Part shown: positions 37,831 to 52,318 of the stretch, one piece after another
Position numbering within the stretch: position 1 is the first letter of the stretch
Layout of the letters: every line of letters begins with the position of its first letter
Assembly (NCBI RefSeq): GCF_004010195.1
Contig: NC_057718.1
Coordinates: 40,938,023-41,002,022 of the forward strand
Length of the DNA stretch: 64,000 nucleotides
Direction of reading: 5' to 3'
DNA from: Chiloscyllium plagiosum
Lineage: Eukaryota
Made by a program: the position numbers and the translations under genes
Notes under the pieces: model-generated
Seen by the model: only the letters and a program-made list of their open reading frames with translations
What the model was told of the DNA's origin: nothing
The model's database searches: none

Positions 37831-38119
37831 TTGCATCAAAAAGTGCCTGTCTGTTCATGAAACACAGAAGTACTAGAAGCAGATGCAAATAGTGTAAAAT
37901 GGATTGAAGGAGAGAAATGGATGTTAGTAACATATCTGAAATATTAATAATTGCTTTTAAGTTCATTTAAACATAGTACGTGCACATTATTTAATATAAT
38001 ATTAGTTATTTCTGTGTACAATTGGGGATGAAGTTCATTGAGAATTTTTTGCTGACATTTTATAGTATTGCATTTGTATTTGTAACAGATTTCTAGCTTG
38101 TGTGGCGCATGTTTTTAGT

Positions 38120-38455
38120 AATTAGATTAGATTAGATTCCTTACAGTATGGAAGCAGGCCCTTTGGCCCAACAAGTCCCAAACCGATCCTCTGAAGAGTA
38201 ATCCACCCAGACCCATTCCCCTCCCCTATATTTACCCCTGACTAATGCACCTAACACTATGGGCAATTTAGCATGGCCAATTCACCTGACCCATACATCT
38301 TTAGATTGTGGGAGGAAATCAGAGCACCCAGAAGATACCCACGCAGACACGGAGAGAATGTGCAAACTCCACATAGACAGTCGCCCGAGGCAGGAGTCGA
38401 ACCTGGGTCCCTGGTGCTGTGAGGCAGCAGTGCTAACCACTGAGCCACCGTGCCA
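38120..38455 (-). mobile_element. HE1-type SINE, full length
   Basis: (ATTAG)n tail at 38121-38138 and tRNA-like head (minus strand GGCACGGTGGCTCAGTGGTTAGCAC...GGTTCGACTCC). Confidence 0.92.
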
Positions 38456-39614
38456 ACCTCAAGGGATAGTATTTTGATATCTTTCATAATTATACTATAA
38501 AGTGAAGTGGTTTACGTTTTAGCACAGAATGTGCCAGTAGGTTTCCTTTATAAGCAGGATTTTTCTTTTCCCCTTAATCATGTGATGTTTTTAGTGATGG
38601 ACAGGGTCATCTTAAGGGCTGAAACATCCCATATTTGTAAATATTTCGAGCAGGGATTGATGCCGGGGAGAAACCAGCTCAAAGCAACCACAGCTTCATG
38701 GTATAAGTGAAGCTTCCATGACCTGGTCTTTTTGATTGACCAAAAAGAATGTGACTTGAGTAGTTTTGGACTTAAGCCCATATAAATGCAAAGATTGGAA
38801 TGGTGAGTGAGTTCTAAGGACTTACTCACAGAATACTTAACGTTTTAGTCATGCATCCAATTTAGATTATCTTAATTGGTATTTTTTTCAATTTTTTTTA
38901 TTAAGGGATTATTTATTGAGTGAGCAGTAACAGGGCAGGAAGCAATAACTTCATCAAAGGTATGAAGCAAACTATTCAGCTGCTCACACCATGATAGCAG
39001 TCAGATTGCAGCTCCTGTGTCAGATCATGGATTTTACCCTTGAAACTTCAAGCAAAGAGTTTTTATGACCCACTGCATTATTATATAAGACTTCATGCTG
39101 TGCCTTTAGTGATTCAAATAGATTTTCACAAGACTTTGCCCAAGCTTTAAAGAAGTCATAAACATGTATCAAAGTACAGTAATTGAATTTCAACATGGCA
39201 TTCTAGTGTTTATGAAATTGTACTCTTAGGAGAGCATACTGAGAAATAACAGGCATGTTTCCCCTGAATTTCTATGCATGATGGATGGTATGTATTGGGG
39301 AGTGCACCCATAATTTCCTCAGGCATGATCCCCATGTGAGGCTCCACACTGAGTATGGATAAATTCAGCCAATAGATCTTTGCATTTGGACAATTAAACT
39401 GTTTGAAATTTATGTTGTATGAGTACATCTTTAATGGTAACACTTGGTCGTTTCGATATTATGATTTTACATCTCTCTGTTTCTCGCCCAATGGTCAACC
39501 AAGTCTGTTTGAACTTTATTCATTATTTAATGAAAGCGTATTTATACCTTTAGAAATATTAGATCAAGAACAATGGTTACATATGACCTATTGATAGTAC
39601 AGAACTTGAAGATA

Positions 39615-40235
39615 CTTGAAAAGATCCACATTTTGTTGCAGCTTTTCATCTTGTGTTCATCAGGGCAATTCACAAGGTTATCAATGTAGAGGGAAAACAA
39701 TATTTTCACTATATGAGGAGAATGTGCTGATTGGTTGACAGGTAGGCTCTTGTTGATAAAGGTGTTGCCATGGAAGATGCATTAGCTCAATGATGACTGG
39801 CAGTTAACTGTAAGATCCATTTAAACTTTAAACCAGATAACTTGACTCTTATTAGTCAAGGCATTGTCCTGCAAAATGAATTAGAGAATGATTTTCACCT
39901 ATTTTGTTGAGTTGAAACAGATTGATTTTGTGTTCACATCCTTTCTCTTTCGGTACTGATATATGTAATTTTCATTATACACAAGTATGCTATCCTGCAA
40001 ACTCAGCTGTTACTCCCAAATTGATTGTCAGCATTTTTTGTGCATGCAGGATTATTTAGCAATTTTTGTTCATTTGCAGAATAGTATCAAATTTTGAGTT
40101 ATGCAAGCATAGATTGTTTGTATGGACTCAATACCTTGCTTGTTGTGACTGTTTAACATCTTCCATCATTCTTTGGGACGTACAAACCTAACATCACACT
40201 GGCACCGAAACTCATATACCACAATACTCACTTGT
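39615..40235 (-). mobile_element. Old PLE: GIY-YIG domain relic, 3' UTR and decayed hammerhead
   Basis: Minus strand QVSIVVYEFRCQCDVRFV (40235-40180), then SANEQKLLNNPAC..DNQF. Hammerhead-like CTGATGA-ACACAAGAT-GAAA-AGCT-GC at 39663-39638. Confidence 0.75.
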
Positions 40236-40672
40236 ACTCTTTCTGCAGATCGTTAAAGCAATAAAGGAATGGAGATTAGAAATAGCCAGGACTATGGAAC
40301 CAGGAAAAGTTAGCCTTGGTAAAATGGGCATTCATGGTGTAGATAATGATTATAGAGGGCAAAGTGCTTTTTAGGTAGTGTATAACATACCGCCTGATTT
40401 GACTGCATATTGAACACTGTGTTGTGTCAGAAAGCAACAGCACAGTTGCAGTTTCTGCTCTCCAAGACTAGATCTCAAGATTCCTGCATTTGTTTCCATG
40501 TGCTATGACCAACACATCAAACCTTCTCCCTCTGCAATTTTTTATGTTGTCCACTCATATATATATATTCCCTTGGGGAATAGTAGGGGGAATCCAATAA
40601 TGGTGGCGAATCCTATTGCCCTCGGTGCCTATGAGGGTGTGTTTCTGGTGAATTGAGTGTGTGGTTCAGCCT

Positions 40673-40930
40673 TAGTGCATCTGTGGCCTATGAAATACAA
40701 TTGGGTGCAGTCATTTGTGAGATGCCAATAAAGTCTGCGACTGATCCTTCAAAGAAGCCCGAGGCAAAGATGTTTGAGGCCACAGTGACTTGGATGATGA
40801 ATCAAAGGGTATGATGACTAGCGTAAGGTCACAAATTTCTGTGATTAGTAATTTGGAGAGTTGTATCTCCAACAGCCCTAATTCTTTATCATCTCCAGGT
40901 ACTTTCATGTTCAGTGATAGATCCATTGCC
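40673..40930 (-). pseudogene. PIF/Harbinger transposase (HARBI1-like) N-terminal relic
   Basis: 40795-40673 translates IQVTVASNIFASGFFEGSVADFIGISQMTAPNCIS*ATDAL, preceded by YLEM and LSKLLITEICDL. Matches the KVxxALxFFASGSFQxxxxDxxGISQxxxxxCIxxVTxAL pattern. Confidence 0.8.
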
Positions 40931-43257
40931 TCAAGAGTATGACCTCTGTTTCCTTCTTGCCCTACCTTCAGCTTCCTGCCTTTTTGATGCCCAATGCCCT
41001 TCCTTTCCTATAAGAGGTGTTGGTTCACATTGCCACTGAGCCTAAAATATGAGAGCCTGGCACTCATTACCAGCTGTTGCCTTTCTGCTTCTCAGGTGGC
41101 CCACTCAATGATGTATTCCAACCTGTTTCCTACGCCCCATGAGGTGAGCAGAGGGATGATTCCTTGCATTACCTAATTGCTTACTACCCACTCTTCCTGT
41201 CATCTTTTATGAAACTGAGGTAATTCTTTGGGCTGGCCTGGACAAGCACTCATTGTGTATCTTCCTTGTTTAACCTTTGCCCGTGGTGAGCACTTCCAGC
41301 CCTGAAAAAAATCTCAATGCCCCTCATTGAAAAGATTTGAATGACATCCTCAATCAGCTTAACTATCCTTAAAAAGGGATGAGGTGGGATCACAATCCCT
41401 CCAGGCCATGAACAGGTGAATATGATCAGAGAATGGAATCAAGAAACAGGTAAGCTGGCAGTACCCACTATTTTCTGGCACTGTCTATCTCCAGTCCTGT
41501 CAGCCTTGTTTCTTGAGCAATACTAAATATAGAGATGTTTTGTTGGATATGCTTTTTGAATTGGTTGTCCAACTTTTCTTGGAATAATTTTGAGAGACTA
41601 CATACTATTTGGTAGTATGAATCCATTGATGCAATCTGACCTTTTAGAGCAAAAGATTAAAGTCAAGCTCAGCTATTTGGGAGGATTAAAGAAAACCGTT
41701 AATGAAAATGTTAAAAGCTACAAAAACAGTCAGTGGCTAGATTTAAATATAAATGTTTACTTTTTTCTGGGAAGGAAGTCAAGCGCTTTGAGAGCTTGGT
41801 GGCTGAAAATGACCACAGAAGCTATCTCTGCCAGGATCTCCTGGAGGTCCCTGCATATACACGGCTCTAACAGTCAGCAGCATAGCATAAATCTGTATGA
41901 AGCAGGATTTATGGAGTTGTAATAACATGCAAGTCCCACAATGTTACAGTTATGAATGCAATGAAACGTATAAATGGTAGAAGAGGTTTTATCTTTGTCT
42001 GATTAGGCTGTAGCTTTTTCCATGGAGCAGTAAAGAGTTAGTGACCTCTATTGTGGCACTATTAGTGTGGCCTATGATCCTAAATTTTCATCTCTGGGTG
42101 AATGTGGTAGGGTAGAGTAACAGCAGGAATTCTGTTGCACTGCATTTTTAGTGTTACATTTTACTGTAAGAACCTCAGCAGTTACATTTTGGGGAAAAGC
42201 TTAACTTGGCCATTAGAAATGTTAGTTTTCAAGGAAAAGTGTATTTTTGAGCAATCCATATCATTTGTCAACAAACTGAAATAAAAATTGGTCATGAATG
42301 ATTGCTGTAATGTAAAATACTTATATACAGTTGTTGTTTGTGACTATATACATATATTTATAGATATGCTTAGGCTGCAATATGCTATAAACGGTTACAT
42401 AATTTTCCCTGCTAAATACTAGCACAGAAGGTGTGCCCCAGATGTATTTTAATAATGTATATATATTCCCAGTTGTACCAAAAGCATCGTCATGTGCTTC
42501 TTGAGGACTCAACTGGCTGTAAAGATCAAGATTCTTCATATTAATTTGCAATGTTAATATTTCTGCAATTAGCACTGGCTAATCTTTTCACAGTGCACAC
42601 TGTAACTTGTGCTTTATTGTCTTTTTCATTTAGTATTATTTTGTTGCCATACATATTAAAGGATTGTGAGTGTGAACGTTCTGGTCAAAGGCAATGCACT
42701 TGTTGGCCCATCAGACAACCTTCTGTCACTGTCAAGATGCATAGAATAGTCCTGTTTTGACTTATTAGAAGTCATCAAACAGTGTTTTCTTTGTTTTCGT
42801 TGTGTCTGTTCCACCTCTCTGTGACGAGTTGCAAACACTGACATACAGTGCCTGCTGCCTCCATGCCTGTTGCAGCCTTTGAATGATCACCATTATTGTG
42901 GTCATGAAATGGGATTGACAAACTTGCATACTGCTACCCACCTAAAGAACCAGTGTTAATGTTCAAACACTTATGAAGATAGTGCTGCACTATTTTGCAT
43001 TGAATGAAACAATGGATGTTAGAGTTGATTATCTAATTCCTGGAAAAGACAATAGGGAGAAATCTGCATGTACAGGAAATAACAGGCATTGGAATGTGGA
43101 TGTGACCTCCCCAGAGGTAATGGTCCAGAAATTCCAGTCTGTGTCAGAAACTCTGTTTCTGAGTCTGATCAGATGGAAAAAATAATCACTTACCTTTCGA
43201 TTCGCTCTGCTCCAGAATTTCTTGGATAGGAACATCCTGTAAGAAAACAATGCAGAC

Positions 43258-43566
43258 AACTGCTGTCTCACAGTGCCAGGGACTCGAGTTTGATTCCACC
43301 CTCAGGCGACTATGTGGAGTTTGCCCATTCTCCCTACGCCTGCGTGGGTTTCCACAAGGTGCTCCGGTTTCTTCCCGCAGTCTAAAGACGTGCAGATTAG
43401 GTGGGTTGGCCATGTTAAATTGCCTATTGTATCCAGGAATGTGCAGGTTCGGTGGATTAGCCATGGGAAATGCCATGGGGGTTGGTCCGAGTGGGATGCT
43501 ATTCGGAGGGTGAGTGTGGACTGGTTAGGTCGAATAGCCTGCTCCCATACTGTAGGTATTCTATGA
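43258..43566 (+). mobile_element. HE1-type SINE, older copy
   Basis: CTCACAGTGCCAGGGAC..GGCGACTATGTGGAGTTTGC..GCGTGGGTTTCC, with tail CTGTAGGTATTCTATG. Confidence 0.85.
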
Positions 43567-44710
43567 ACTCTGGGAAACAATACAGCCTGCAGTGGAGCAG
43601 ATCAGATGGAAAACATATCCCTTTCACCTGCATTCAGTAGTTTAAATGTTCAGCAGTCACTTTGACAACTATTCAGAAGAATTGAATATGTAAATATAGG
43701 GATTGGCTGGCAAACGGGTGGAGAACGTTAGGATGCCAAATGAATGAGAGGTTGGGTGGCATATGGGTCCAAGTTGTAGAATGCCAGGTGGGTTGGGGTT
43801 TAGGCTGCCAGACAGGTGAGGGGTCAGCATGCCAGCTATGTCAATTAGTTTTTAGAGTAAGTCTAGGTGTGTATTTGCAGTATGTGTCAGGTCCAGTGAG
43901 GTTGGGCCAGGATGGGATACTGGACCAGGTGGGTGGGTTTGGCATGAGTAGAGAAATGTATAGTTCAGTGGACAGGTTAGGGGAAGGGGAGAGGAGGGAG
44001 TTGAACAAGGAGATCATATTGGTCTGGTGGGATCAGATTGGGTTGACAGGTTGTGGTCAAAGTGATTGTCAGATCGTATAGAGTTGGGGCTGTGGGAGTG
44101 CGACTGGGGACACATCCGAAGGTGGAATGTGTGGTGCAGGAGGAGAATAGTGTTAAATTGAGGTTTCGGTTTAATAGTTATAGAGTCATAGAGATGTACA
44201 GCACCCTAACAGATCCTTTGGTCCAACTTGTCCATGCCGACCAGATATCCCAACCCAATCTAGTCCCACCTGCCAGCACCTGGCCCATATCTGTCCAAAC
44301 CCTTCCTATTCATATACCCATCCAGATGCTTTTAAATGTTGCAATTGTACTAGCCTCCACCACTTCCTCTGGCAGCTCATTCCATACACGTACCACCCTC
44401 TGCGTGAAAATGTTGTCCCTTGGGTCTCTTTTATATCTTTCCCTTCTCATCTAAACCTATGCCCTCTCATTCTGGACTCACTCACCCGAGGGAAAAGACC
44501 TTGTCTATTTACCCTATCCATGCCCCTCATGACCTCTACAAGGTCACTCCTCAGCCTCTGAGGCTCCAGGGAAAACAGCCCTAGCCGATTCAACCACTCC
44601 CTATAGCTCAAAACTTCCAAATCTTTTCTAAACCCTTTCAAGTTTCACAACATCTTTCTGATAGGAAGGAGACCAGAACTGCATGCAACATTCCAAATGT
44701 GGCTTAACCA

Positions 44711-45056
44711 ATTAGATTAGATTAGATTAGATTAGATTAGATTAGATTAGATTAGATTAGACTACTTACAGTGTGGAAACAGGCCCTTCGGCCCCACAAG
44801 TCCACACCGACCCGCCGAAGCGTAACCCACCCATACCCCTACATTTACCCCTTTACCTAACACTACGGGCAATTTAGCATGGCCAATTCACCTGACTTGC
44901 ACATCTTTGGACTGTGGGAGGAAACCGGAGCCCCCGGAGGAAACCCACGCAGACACGGGGAGAACGTGCAAACTCCACACAGTCAGTCGCCTGAGTCGGG
45001 AATTGAACCCGGGTCTCTGGCGCTGCGAGGCAGCAGTGCTAACCACTGTGCCACCG
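44711..45056 (-). mobile_element. Young HE1-type SINE nested in CR1
   Basis: (ATTAG)10 tail at 44711-44760 and a CpG-rich body. Host CR1 reads ACCAAT|...|AATGTCCTG (short AAT duplication). Confidence 0.95.
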
Positions 45057-45974
45057 AATGTCCTGTAAAGCTGCAACATGACCTCCCAACTCCTGTACTC
45101 AACACTCTGACCAATAAAGGAAAGCATGCCAAATGTCTTCTTCATTATCCTATCTATCAGCGACTATACTTTCAAGGAGCTATGAACCTGCACTCCATAG
45201 TCTCTTTGTTCAGCAACACTCCCTAGGACCTTACCATTAAGTGTATAAGTCATGCTAAGATTTGCTTTCCTAAAATGCAGCACCTCACATTTATCTAAAT
45301 TAAATTCCATCTGCCACTCCCTAGCCCATTGGCCCATCTGATCAAGGTCCCGTAGTACTCTGAGGTAACCTTCTTCGCTGTCCACTACACCTCCAATTTT
45401 AATGTCAGCTGCAAACTTACTAACTGTACCTCTTAAGCTCACATCCAAATCATTTGTATTAATGACTAAAAGTAATGGACCCAGCACCGATCCTTGTGGC
45501 ATTCCATTGGCCACAGGCCTCCAGTCTGAAAAACAACCCTCCACAACCACCACCCTGTCTTCTACCTTTGAGCCAGTTCTGTATGCAAATGGATAGTTCT
45601 CCCTGTATTCCATGAAATCTAACCTTGCTAATCAGTCTCCCATGGGGAACCTTTTTGAATGCCTTGCTGAAGTCCATATAGATCACATCTACTACTCTGC
45701 CCTCATCAATCCTCTTTATTACTTCCTCAAAAACTCAATCAAGTTTGAGAACATGATTTCCCATGTTCAAAGTCATGTTGACTATCTGTAATAAGTCCTT
45801 GCCTTTCCAAATGCATGTACATCCTGTTCCTCAGGATTCCCTCCAACAACTTGTCCACCACCTACATCAGGCTCACTGGTCTATAGCTCCCTGGTTTGTC
45901 CTTACCAACTTTCTTAAGTAGTAGCCACCCTCCAGTCTTCCGGCACCTCAACTGTGATTATTGATGATACAAAT

Positions 45975-46048
45975 TTAGAACATAGAACAGTACAGCACAA
46001 AACAGGCCCCTTGGCCCTCGCTGTTGCGCTGACCTGTGAACTAATCTA
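45975..46048 (-). mobile_element. Very short CR1 3' tail nested in CR1
   Basis: TAGAACATAGAACAGTACAGCACAAAACAGGCCCCTTGGCCC, flanked by AAAT. Confidence 0.7.
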
Positions 46049-49000
46049 AAAATATCTCAGCAAGACACCCAGCAATCACTTCCCTAGCTTCCCACAGAGT
46101 TCTAGGGTATACCTGATCAAGTCATGGGGATTTATACACCTTTACGCATTTCAAGATAGCCAGTATTTCCTCCTGTGTAATATGGACATTATTGAAGATG
46201 TCACCATCTATTTCCCTACATTCTATATCTTCCAAGTCCTTTTCCACAGTAAACAATGATGCATAATACTTGTATTTATATCTCCCCATCTCTTGCGGCT
46301 CCACACAAAGGCCACCTTGCTGAACTTTGAGGGGCCCTATTCTCTCCCTAGTTACCCTTTTGTCCTTAATGTATTTGTAAAAGCCCTTCATTAAAAACCT
46401 CCTTAACTATCTGACCAAACCTATCTCATGTCCCTGATTTTCCTCTTCAGTATACTTCTACTGCCTTTATACTCTTCTAAGGATTCACTCGATCTATCCT
46501 GGTGATTCCTTCTGTTTCTTAACCAAACCCTCAATTTCATTAGTCATCCAGCACTCCCCATACCTACCAGCCTTTTCTTTCACCCTGACAGGAATATACT
46601 GTCTCTGTACTCTCGTTATCTCATTTCTGAAGGCTTCCCATTTTCCAGCCATCCCTTTACCTGCGAACATCTGCCCCCAATCAGCTTTTGAAAGTTCTTG
46701 CCTAATACTGTCAAAATTGGCCTTCCTCCAATTTAGAACTTCAACTTTTAGATCTGGACTATCTTTTTTTCATCACTATTTTAAAACAAATAGAATTATG
46801 GTCGCTGGCCCCAACGTGCTCCCCCACTGACACCTCAATCACCTGCCCTGCCTTATTTACCAAGGGTAGGTCAAGTTCTGCATCCTCTCTAGTCGGTACA
46901 TCCACATACTGAATCAGAAAATTTTCTTGTATGAGCTTAACAAATTCCTCTCCATCTAAACTTTTAACACTATGGCAGTCCCAGTGTATGTTTGGAAAGT
47001 TAAATCCCCTACCAAATCCAGCCTATTACTCTTACTGTGATGTCTTTACAAATTTGTTTCTCAATTTCCCGCTGACTACTAGGGGGTCTATAATCCAATT
47101 CTAGTAAGGTGATCATCCCTTTATTTCCCAGTTCCACCCAAATAACTTCCCTGGATGTATTTCCAGGAAGACACTCACTCAGCACAGCTGTAATGCTATC
47201 CCTTATCAAAAACACCACTCCCCCTCCTCTCTTGCTTCCCTCTCTATCCTTCCTGTAGCATTTATATCCTGGAACTTTATGTGGAATGGTCCTCACCTGT
47301 AAGAAACTGTTTCTCTCCACAGATACTGTCTGATATCATGCACCTTTATTGCGTTTTAGGTTTTTAATTTAAGATTTCTGGCAATGACAGTATTTTGCAT
47401 TTGTCTCAGAACATCAAGAGTGGCATGGTGGCTCTGCAGTTAGCACTACTGCCTCACAGTGCCAGGGACCAGGGTCAGTTATTCAGGAACTAGAGCAAAT
47501 TTTTAATCCTTTAATGTTTCCTCGGTATTTATGAAACTTAACTGAGTCAGAACCCTCTGAAATTGTTGAATGCAAGGGACCTTTCTGCAGAGCTTTGGAT
47601 GCAGACAGAATTTCCACTGAGAAAATTTGAATTTCCTTGGTAATGCCATAGAGTCAGCTGCTTCAGGATTTCAGCATGGCCCTAATGGGCAACTCAAACC
47701 TAACCCGCAGAAATTACTATTTTGCTGTTTGAATTTTCTGAGCCAATGAGATTAACACCTTCTAAAAATGATGTACTTCTCTGAGCTTCTATGTAATAAT
47801 TTTTCAGGGTTTTTGCTGCTGGCAAATGTGGGTTAGAGACTCCAGACAACAAGGCTGTGCTGGAAATGGAATCTTACAAAATAACACTCTAAATGTCACA
47901 TAAATGTCACTCTAGAATGGTGTTTGCCAAAGTCATAATACCACCTCAAACTAATTGCAGATGATGGAGATAATTTTACGACTATGGGTTGCTGATGGAA
48001 AACCTCACCTGCCGCAAACATGGTCACAAAATTATTCCTGCTGTGTCGCCTTCCATGTACACTGAGTGTTAGACATTGGGAATGCATCTCATTATAGTCA
48101 AATGGTTAGACCACTTGTGTTTTCTGTTTTTAAAGGAAAAGGCTGAGCACAACCACAGGCCCACTTAACATATGCCACTTGAGCCACAAGGAGGAAACAG
48201 TTCTTGAAATGTTGGTGGTGGAGGCCACATATGATGTGAAGAAGGACAAGTTGATGGCTTAGTGCCAACCCAGCAAAACCTCTAAATAATTTCCTCCTTC
48301 AGGCACAAACACCCAGTGGAGGGAGAGCACTCAATTGCCAGCTGATATGGTATTTTTATCTTGCTTTCTCCACATCCTCTACTGCTGGTTTCAGAATAGG
48401 TAGGAAGAAATAACCATTTATTTTATATAAATAAATAACCATTTCCAGGCTCTAAATATCCTGGGACATCATCCCTGTCAGAAACCAGTGATAGCTCATA
48501 TTGCAGTTTCAGTTTTTCCATCACTAATTGGTTCAATAATTAAATATTGCTTTTACCAAAATACATTTCTCTTCAAATACATTTCTTTCATATGCTCAGA
48601 TGCAATAAACTGTAGTCATGCAATGGTCTTATCATTCAGGATTAGCACCAGAACCTGGTATTCTTTTTATGCCTGTCTTCTCTATAGAATGATCCTAATT
48701 CTTTGATGGATCTGTCAGAGTTATTGATGTATAGAGTGACTGATTATCATAGCTAAGTAGAAACCTAGCTGAGCTGTTTTGATAGCCAGAAACATCTTTC
48801 ACAAATTGTGCAAAAAGAAATGCAAGGCAAGATTCACTAGTCATATTCATTAAAACAGATTTCTTTATTTAAAATAGTGAAAATTAGGAGAAATGCCTCC
48901 ATCCTTTTGGTTGTCTAACTCAACTAAAATGTAAACCAATCAAATCTCTCTGTTCTGATATGACTACATACTGAAAAGAACAGGGTAACATATTTTTCAA

Positions 49001-50879
49001 ATGCCAAAGCTATCATTTTGCCTTAGGCCTAGCATTCTGATCTGTTCCAATCTAGAGGGCAATGCATGCTTGCCTTCTCTGTTGCATGCCATCTTTGATG
49101 ATATCTCTCCTTAGATAAATGGAGATGGTCAGAAATGGTTAGATTTGAAGATACAATAAATATTTATGTTTAAAGGTAGTACAGAGCTAGAATGAGAATA
49201 CAAATAAACCAATGAAATGGAATAATGTATTCGGTTTAAATTACACAACAGCACTTTAATACTTTGACAAGGATATACAGATTAATTAATGCAGTAACTG
49301 GCAAATCAGAAAAATCAGAAAAATCAGAACAATGAAGCTCAATCAGTTTGTAGATAATATCGGGCTCCTGGCTATTGTTGTTTCTTTTAACTCGAGCTAT
49401 TTAGTTTTAACTAAGTCAAATTATTATGTTAATTTGTTCAGATTCCTTGTGAGTTCCTGCTACTTAGAAGTCCCTCAGCTTTGTCACCTGTGACTGCAAT
49501 GATGCTAAGTTTGTAAACTCTAAACATTTGCTATGCAAAAATATATAGGTTTATTGAGCATGTTACATGAAATATTTACTTTGACATTTGTTTATTCTTG
49601 TAATTGATTCATTAGCTTATTGACTAACTTGTGTACATTATAAAGATTTAAGAAACTTTGCATGCACTGTCTTGATGATCAGGAATATATTTCACAGATT
49701 CAATTATCAGCTGGAGTAAGTTTTTGTCTAAAAGAAACACAGCAAATGTATATTCAAAAGAAAAGATTTCTTCAGGTAAAATCAATGCAAATCATAAGGG
49801 TTGTTTGCATCTTTTTGGAAGTCAGCTTGAATTCAAACCAAAACAAAGCATATAATCCTAGACATAAGTCACTTTTAAGGTGGTGTTAAGTGTCAAACAT
49901 CATTCTGCATGAAGAGCTGTTCAACTCTGTCTTCACATATCAGTACTTCAGCTAGCACCATTTAACTTCTTATCTTTGTTTTTCATTTCCAAATCATGCA
50001 GGGCCCATATGTTTCTCAGTATGGGTTCTGACAAATACATACTGAATTGAAGAAAACCACACCTTGAAGATGATTGTGTTGATAGGACAATCTGACGTAT
50101 TCTAGTACTTTAACTCTCACGTAAGGAAAGGCTGGTGCAACCCAGGAGCATATACTGTTGAGAGACAATTCTGCAGTAGTGTACTCAGAGAGTTGATGTT
50201 TGCCAGTGGTGACTGCACCCCATGAAATTGCAAAGGTATAAACTCCTGATTTTGTAGGAGATAATGGTTAAGTTTTGGAATATATTGGAGTTACACTTAC
50301 TGCACTATAAACTTGTTAATTTGTACAGATAGCTCCACCTTTAGATGCCCGAGGTAATTTTGCAGTGTGGCTTTCAATTCACTAATAATGTGTATAAGAT
50401 GAATGCTGAGCGGACTGAATGCTGTTTGTCAAAAAAACCCACTAGAATTAGTGGATCATAAGTTTTCTACCAATTAAATGATGAGTCTAGCGGAATTTGT
50501 TGTTATTTGTCTTACTGGTGTAACAAGATTAGGCAGGGGCAGTTAAATGTCAATATTAAAGGTTCTGCCATTGAGATGTTATCTTTTCAGAAAATGACCT
50601 ATTGCTGTTTGCCTTATCAATAAACTGTATTGAATGTCATGAAGTTGCATTATTTTGAAGCCGACACAAAAATAACCTGCTGTGCATATTGTTAATCACT
50701 GCAAATCAATGTCTCTGAATTCTACCAATTATAATTGTAGCATTTCATTCAATTTGAATTTTTGGGAGATCTTGAAATATCATTTCTTTATTTTTAATTT
50801 CTTATTATTTTGTATGTGTCTGTTTCCCAGTTCTCTTAGTCCTCTTTCATGTACGTCTCACGACTGTTGCTGTAACCAC

Positions 50880-52075
50880 GTGATAGACAATAGACAATAG
50901 GTGCAGGAGTAGGTCATTCTGCCCTTCGAGCCAGCACCACCATTCATTATGATCATGGCTGATCATCCTCAATCAGTATCCTGTTCCTGCCTTATCCCCA
51001 TAACCCTTGATTCCATTATCCTTAAGAGCTCTATCCAACTCTTTCTTGAAAGTATCCAGAGACTTGGCCTCCACAGCCTTCTGGGGCAGAGCATTCCATA
51101 CACCCACCACTCTCTGGGTGAAGAAGTTTCTCCTCAACTATGTTAAACTCTATCTTCTGGTTCGGGACTCACCCATCAGCAGAAACATGCTTCCTGCCTC
51201 CAGAGTGTCCAATCCTTTAATAATCTTATACATCTCAATCAAATCCCCTCTCAGCCTTCTAAACCCAAGTGTACACAAGCCCAGTTGCTCCAATCTTTCA
51301 GCGTAAGATAGTCCCGCCATTCCGGGAATTGATCTCATGAACCTACGCTGCACTCCCTCAAAAGCCAGAATGTCTTTCCTCAAATTTGGAGACCAAAACT
51401 GTGCACAATATTCCAGGTGCGGTCTCACCAGGGCCCTGTGCAGCTGCAGAAGGACCTCTTTGATTCTATACTGAATTCCTCTTGTTATGAAGGCCAGCAT
51501 GCTATTAGCTTTCTTCGCTGCCTGCTGTACCTGCATGCTTGCTTTCATTGACTGATGTACAAGAACATCTAGATCTCGTAGTACTGCCTCTTTACCTAAC
51601 TTGATTCCATTTAGTTAGTAATCTTCCTTCCTGTTCTTGCCACCAAAGTGGATAACCACACATTTATCCACATTAAATTGCATCTGCCACATATCCGTCC
51701 ACTCACCTAGCCTGTCCAGGTCACCCTGTATTCTCCTAACATCCTCCTCACATTTCACCCTGCCACCCAGCTTTGTGTCATCAGCAAATTTGCTAATATT
51801 ACTTTTAACACCTTCATCTATATCATTAATGTACATTGTAAAAAGCTGCGGTCCCAACACTGATCCCTGCGGCACACCATTGGTCACCGCCTGCCATTCC
51901 GAAAGGGAGCCATTTATCACTACTCTTTGTTGCCTGTCAGCCAACTAACTTTCAATCCATGTCAGTATTTTGCCCTTAATACTATGTGCCCTAAGTTTGC
52001 TCACTAACCTCCTATGTGAGACTTTATCAAAGGCTTTCTGAAAGTCCAGGTATACTACGTCCACTGGATCTCCCT
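50880..52075 (-). mobile_element. CR1 LINE RT and 3' end, young subfamily
   Basis: ORFs [36 protein letters not shown] and RALVRPHLEYCAQFWSP. Tail TAGACAATAGACAATAG. Confidence 0.95.
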
Positions 52076-52318
52076 GATCTCTGTCTGCTGACTGGTTATC
52101 AATGTTTCCCTCCACATTTTCATCCAAAATGTACATTCATTTGTTAATAAAGCCTTTTTGTATCGTGGAGGACTTTATTGAAAGAGAAATGTCTAAACGG
52201 TGAAGGCCAGACGAGAGGTCTGTTTCCTGTTATGCGTGGCTAATCTGTGTAAGTGTACAAACTTCTTTTCTGCATGTTCTGTCCACAAGTTTGAAAAGAC
52301 TGACTTGTGTACAGCCTG

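Larger units (their letters stand above)
44175..47278 (-). mobile_element. Long HER1-like CR1 (APE to 3' UTR) with nested insertions
   Basis: Minus-strand ORFs GYKCYRKDREGSKRGGGV (APE), [25 protein letters not shown] and VSKFAADIKIGG. Frameshifted. Confidence 0.93.

Noticed and set aside
38395..38455. tRNA genes suggested by A/B boxes (also 45000-45056, 47420-47475, 55945-56009, 57578)
   Set aside because: These are SINE heads running into SINE bodies, with no complete cloverleaf.
40249..40318. Candidate exon IVKAIKEWRLEIARTMEPGKVSL with a good acceptor
   Set aside because: The acceptor tract abuts the PLE boundary, the donor is weak and the peptide is unrecognised. Not supportable without RNA data.
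44711..44760. (ATTAG)10 as a telomere-like repeat (also 18690 and 38121)
   Set aside because: It is the reverse complement of the (TCTAA)n HE1/HER1 tail, not TTAGGG.
49303..49329. (AAATCAGAA)3 and other micro-duplications (e.g. 18244-18270)
   Set aside because: Ordinary slippage products.
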